Assembly (NCBI GenBank): GCA_048013815.1
Contig: CM106585.1
Location: 11,470,001-11,534,000, forward strand
Source of the DNA: Setoptus koraiensis
Lineage: Eukaryota > Animalia > Arthropoda
DNA length: 64,000 nucleotides
Reading direction: 5' to 3'
A program made the position numbers and the translations under genes. How positions within the stretch are numbered: the stretch's first letter is position 1; every line of letters starts with the position of its first letter. This document shows positions 62,886 through 64,000 of this stretch, one piece after another. The notes beneath the pieces were generated by a model that saw only the letters and a program-made list of their open reading frames with translations, ran no database searches and was not told where the DNA came from.

Positions 62886-64000
62886 ATGTTTTCGTCGTTG
62901 CAGGGCGGCGGCCCGTTGCAACAGGCCAACGGCGTGCCGGGACACGCCGGCCAGACGGGCAACGGACAGCAACAATCGTCGTCGGGCGGTCTATTTAGCA
63001 AGTGGTCAAGCATATTCACGCTGGGCATGGCGAGCAGCAGCAGCAGCAGAGAATCCGATTGCGTCGCCGATTACGCAAACGACAACAACAACAACAACAA
63101 CAATGGCCGACAACAGTTTGCCGACGCCAACCAAGTCGCCGACCAGCACCACAAACTGGTCACCGAGCAGCGCCTCAGGTTGTTGCAACAACAGCAAGAC
63201 GAGCTCATCAGATGCCACCAGTTGCAATTGGAGGCCATGGCCATGGAGCACGACCAATTGATTCACCAGAAGGAACAATTAAAGCAGAGCTTGCAGGCCC
63301 AAAGTCAAGTCATACAGCAAGTGATACAACAATCAGCGAATCAGCAAGTCGCCCCCGCCGGCAAGCCCGTGGTCAAGGTGAGCCGCAGGAACAGCGCACA
63401 TTTTACAGCCAATTTCGTGCACAATGGTCAGTCGGGTCAGCAGTCGACAATCAGTCAACACCAGCAACACTATCAACCGCATCACGTGCAGGCGGCGGCC
63501 GCCGCATTGTCGCCCTCGTACCCGTGCCCGCCCATCGTCGACATAAAGTCGGGCATGGTGTTCAGCAGCAGCAGCAGTCAGCAATGGGGCCGCCATCAGC
63601 CAGCGGGCTACTCGACCACACTGGCCCATCCGCACAAATCCCGGCACAGAGTGCCCAGGCAAGTGGACGCACAATTCACTACAACAACAAGTTCCGCCAT
63701 GTTCGCCCTGGCATCGGGCACCGCGTCTGCCTACGGGAGCGCCGGCCCGTCCATGAGCGCCAGCCAAACGATAGGCCGCCGGCAGCGCAAGGGCTTCGCC
63801 GAGGCGGCACACGCAGCCGCCGCCGCCAGCTTCAACGATTGTCTGGCGGGCCGCGGCCGGCCCGTCAAAAATCAAACCCAACCGCAAAATTGCCTCGCCG
63901 GGGCGCCCGGAAACGACGGGCCGCATGCGCCCGCGGCGCAGGTCACAGGCAGACGATCCGTCAACAAGGTGTCGTCGTCGCGAACCATTAGCGCCAACTA
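62886..64000 (+). CDS. Uncharacterised Q/H/A/S-rich protein with a predicted coiled coil; open to the window end (>=371 aa)
   Basis: The frame starting at ATG 62886 (MFSSLQGGGPLQQANG...MASSSSSRESDC...KLVTEQRLRLLQQQQDELIRCHQLQLEAMAMEHDQLIHQKEQLKQSLQAQ...) has no stop up to 64000, so the ORF track omits it. Its composition resembles the Poxm tail. A strong acceptor ttttcgtcgttgcag| at 62903 suggests it is an internal exon. Confidence 0.65.
   Translation, partial: MFSSLQGGGPLQQANGVPGHAGQTGNGQQQSSSGGLFSKWSSIFTLGMASSSSSRESDCVADYANDNNNNNNNGRQQFADANQVADQHHKLVTEQRLRLLQQQQDELIRCHQLQLEAMAMEHDQLIHQKEQLKQSLQAQSQVIQQVIQQSANQQVAPAGKPVVKVSRRNSAHFTANFVHNGQSGQQSTISQHQQHYQPHHVQAAAAALSPSYPCPPIVDIKSGMVFSSSSSQQWGRHQPAGYSTTLAHPHKSRHRVPRQVDAQFTTTTSSAMFALASGTASAYGSAGPSMSASQTIGRRQRKGFAEAAHAAAAASFNDCLAGRGRPVKNQTQPQNCLAGAPGNDGPHAPAAQVTGRRSVNKVSSSRTISAN

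Noticed and set aside
63002-63991. 329-aa plus ORF and 197-aa minus ORF (63333-63926) in the track
   Set aside because: Arg/Gly/Pro-rich alternative-frame shadows of the open frame starting at 62886.

Overview
Eukaryotic, compact-genome arthropod DNA; short introns, intronless housekeeping genes and abundant CAA/AAC microsatellites suggest an acariform, possibly eriophyoid-like, mite (inference). The window has three zones. (1) 1-11.9 kb is GC-richer and repeat-rich and holds a 3-exon Pax1/9 (Pox meso) gene plus its upstream region. (2) 11.9-45.6 kb is AT-rich and holds intronless importin-beta, 4-exon Rpt2/PSMC1, an apparently intact pogo/Tigger transposon (24-bp TIRs, TA duplication, DD32D), intronless CHMP1B, a tandem array of unusually long (~595-605 aa) gustatory-receptor-like (7TMIC) genes (four reconstructable genes, one pseudogene), and a truncated mariner HTH ORF. 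About 11.3 kb inside the array (25,921-37,260, including a 500-N gap) is redundant, error-rich copy of neighbouring sequence, including a fold-back read. It splits one receptor gene whose halves rejoin exactly through a 204-bp identical overlap. (3) 45.6-64 kb is GC-richer non-coding DNA dense in micro-tandem repeats and perfect hairpins, ending in an unassigned Q/H/A-rich ORF that runs off the window. No rRNA, tRNA or CRISPR was seen. All calls were made by eye with no database searches.
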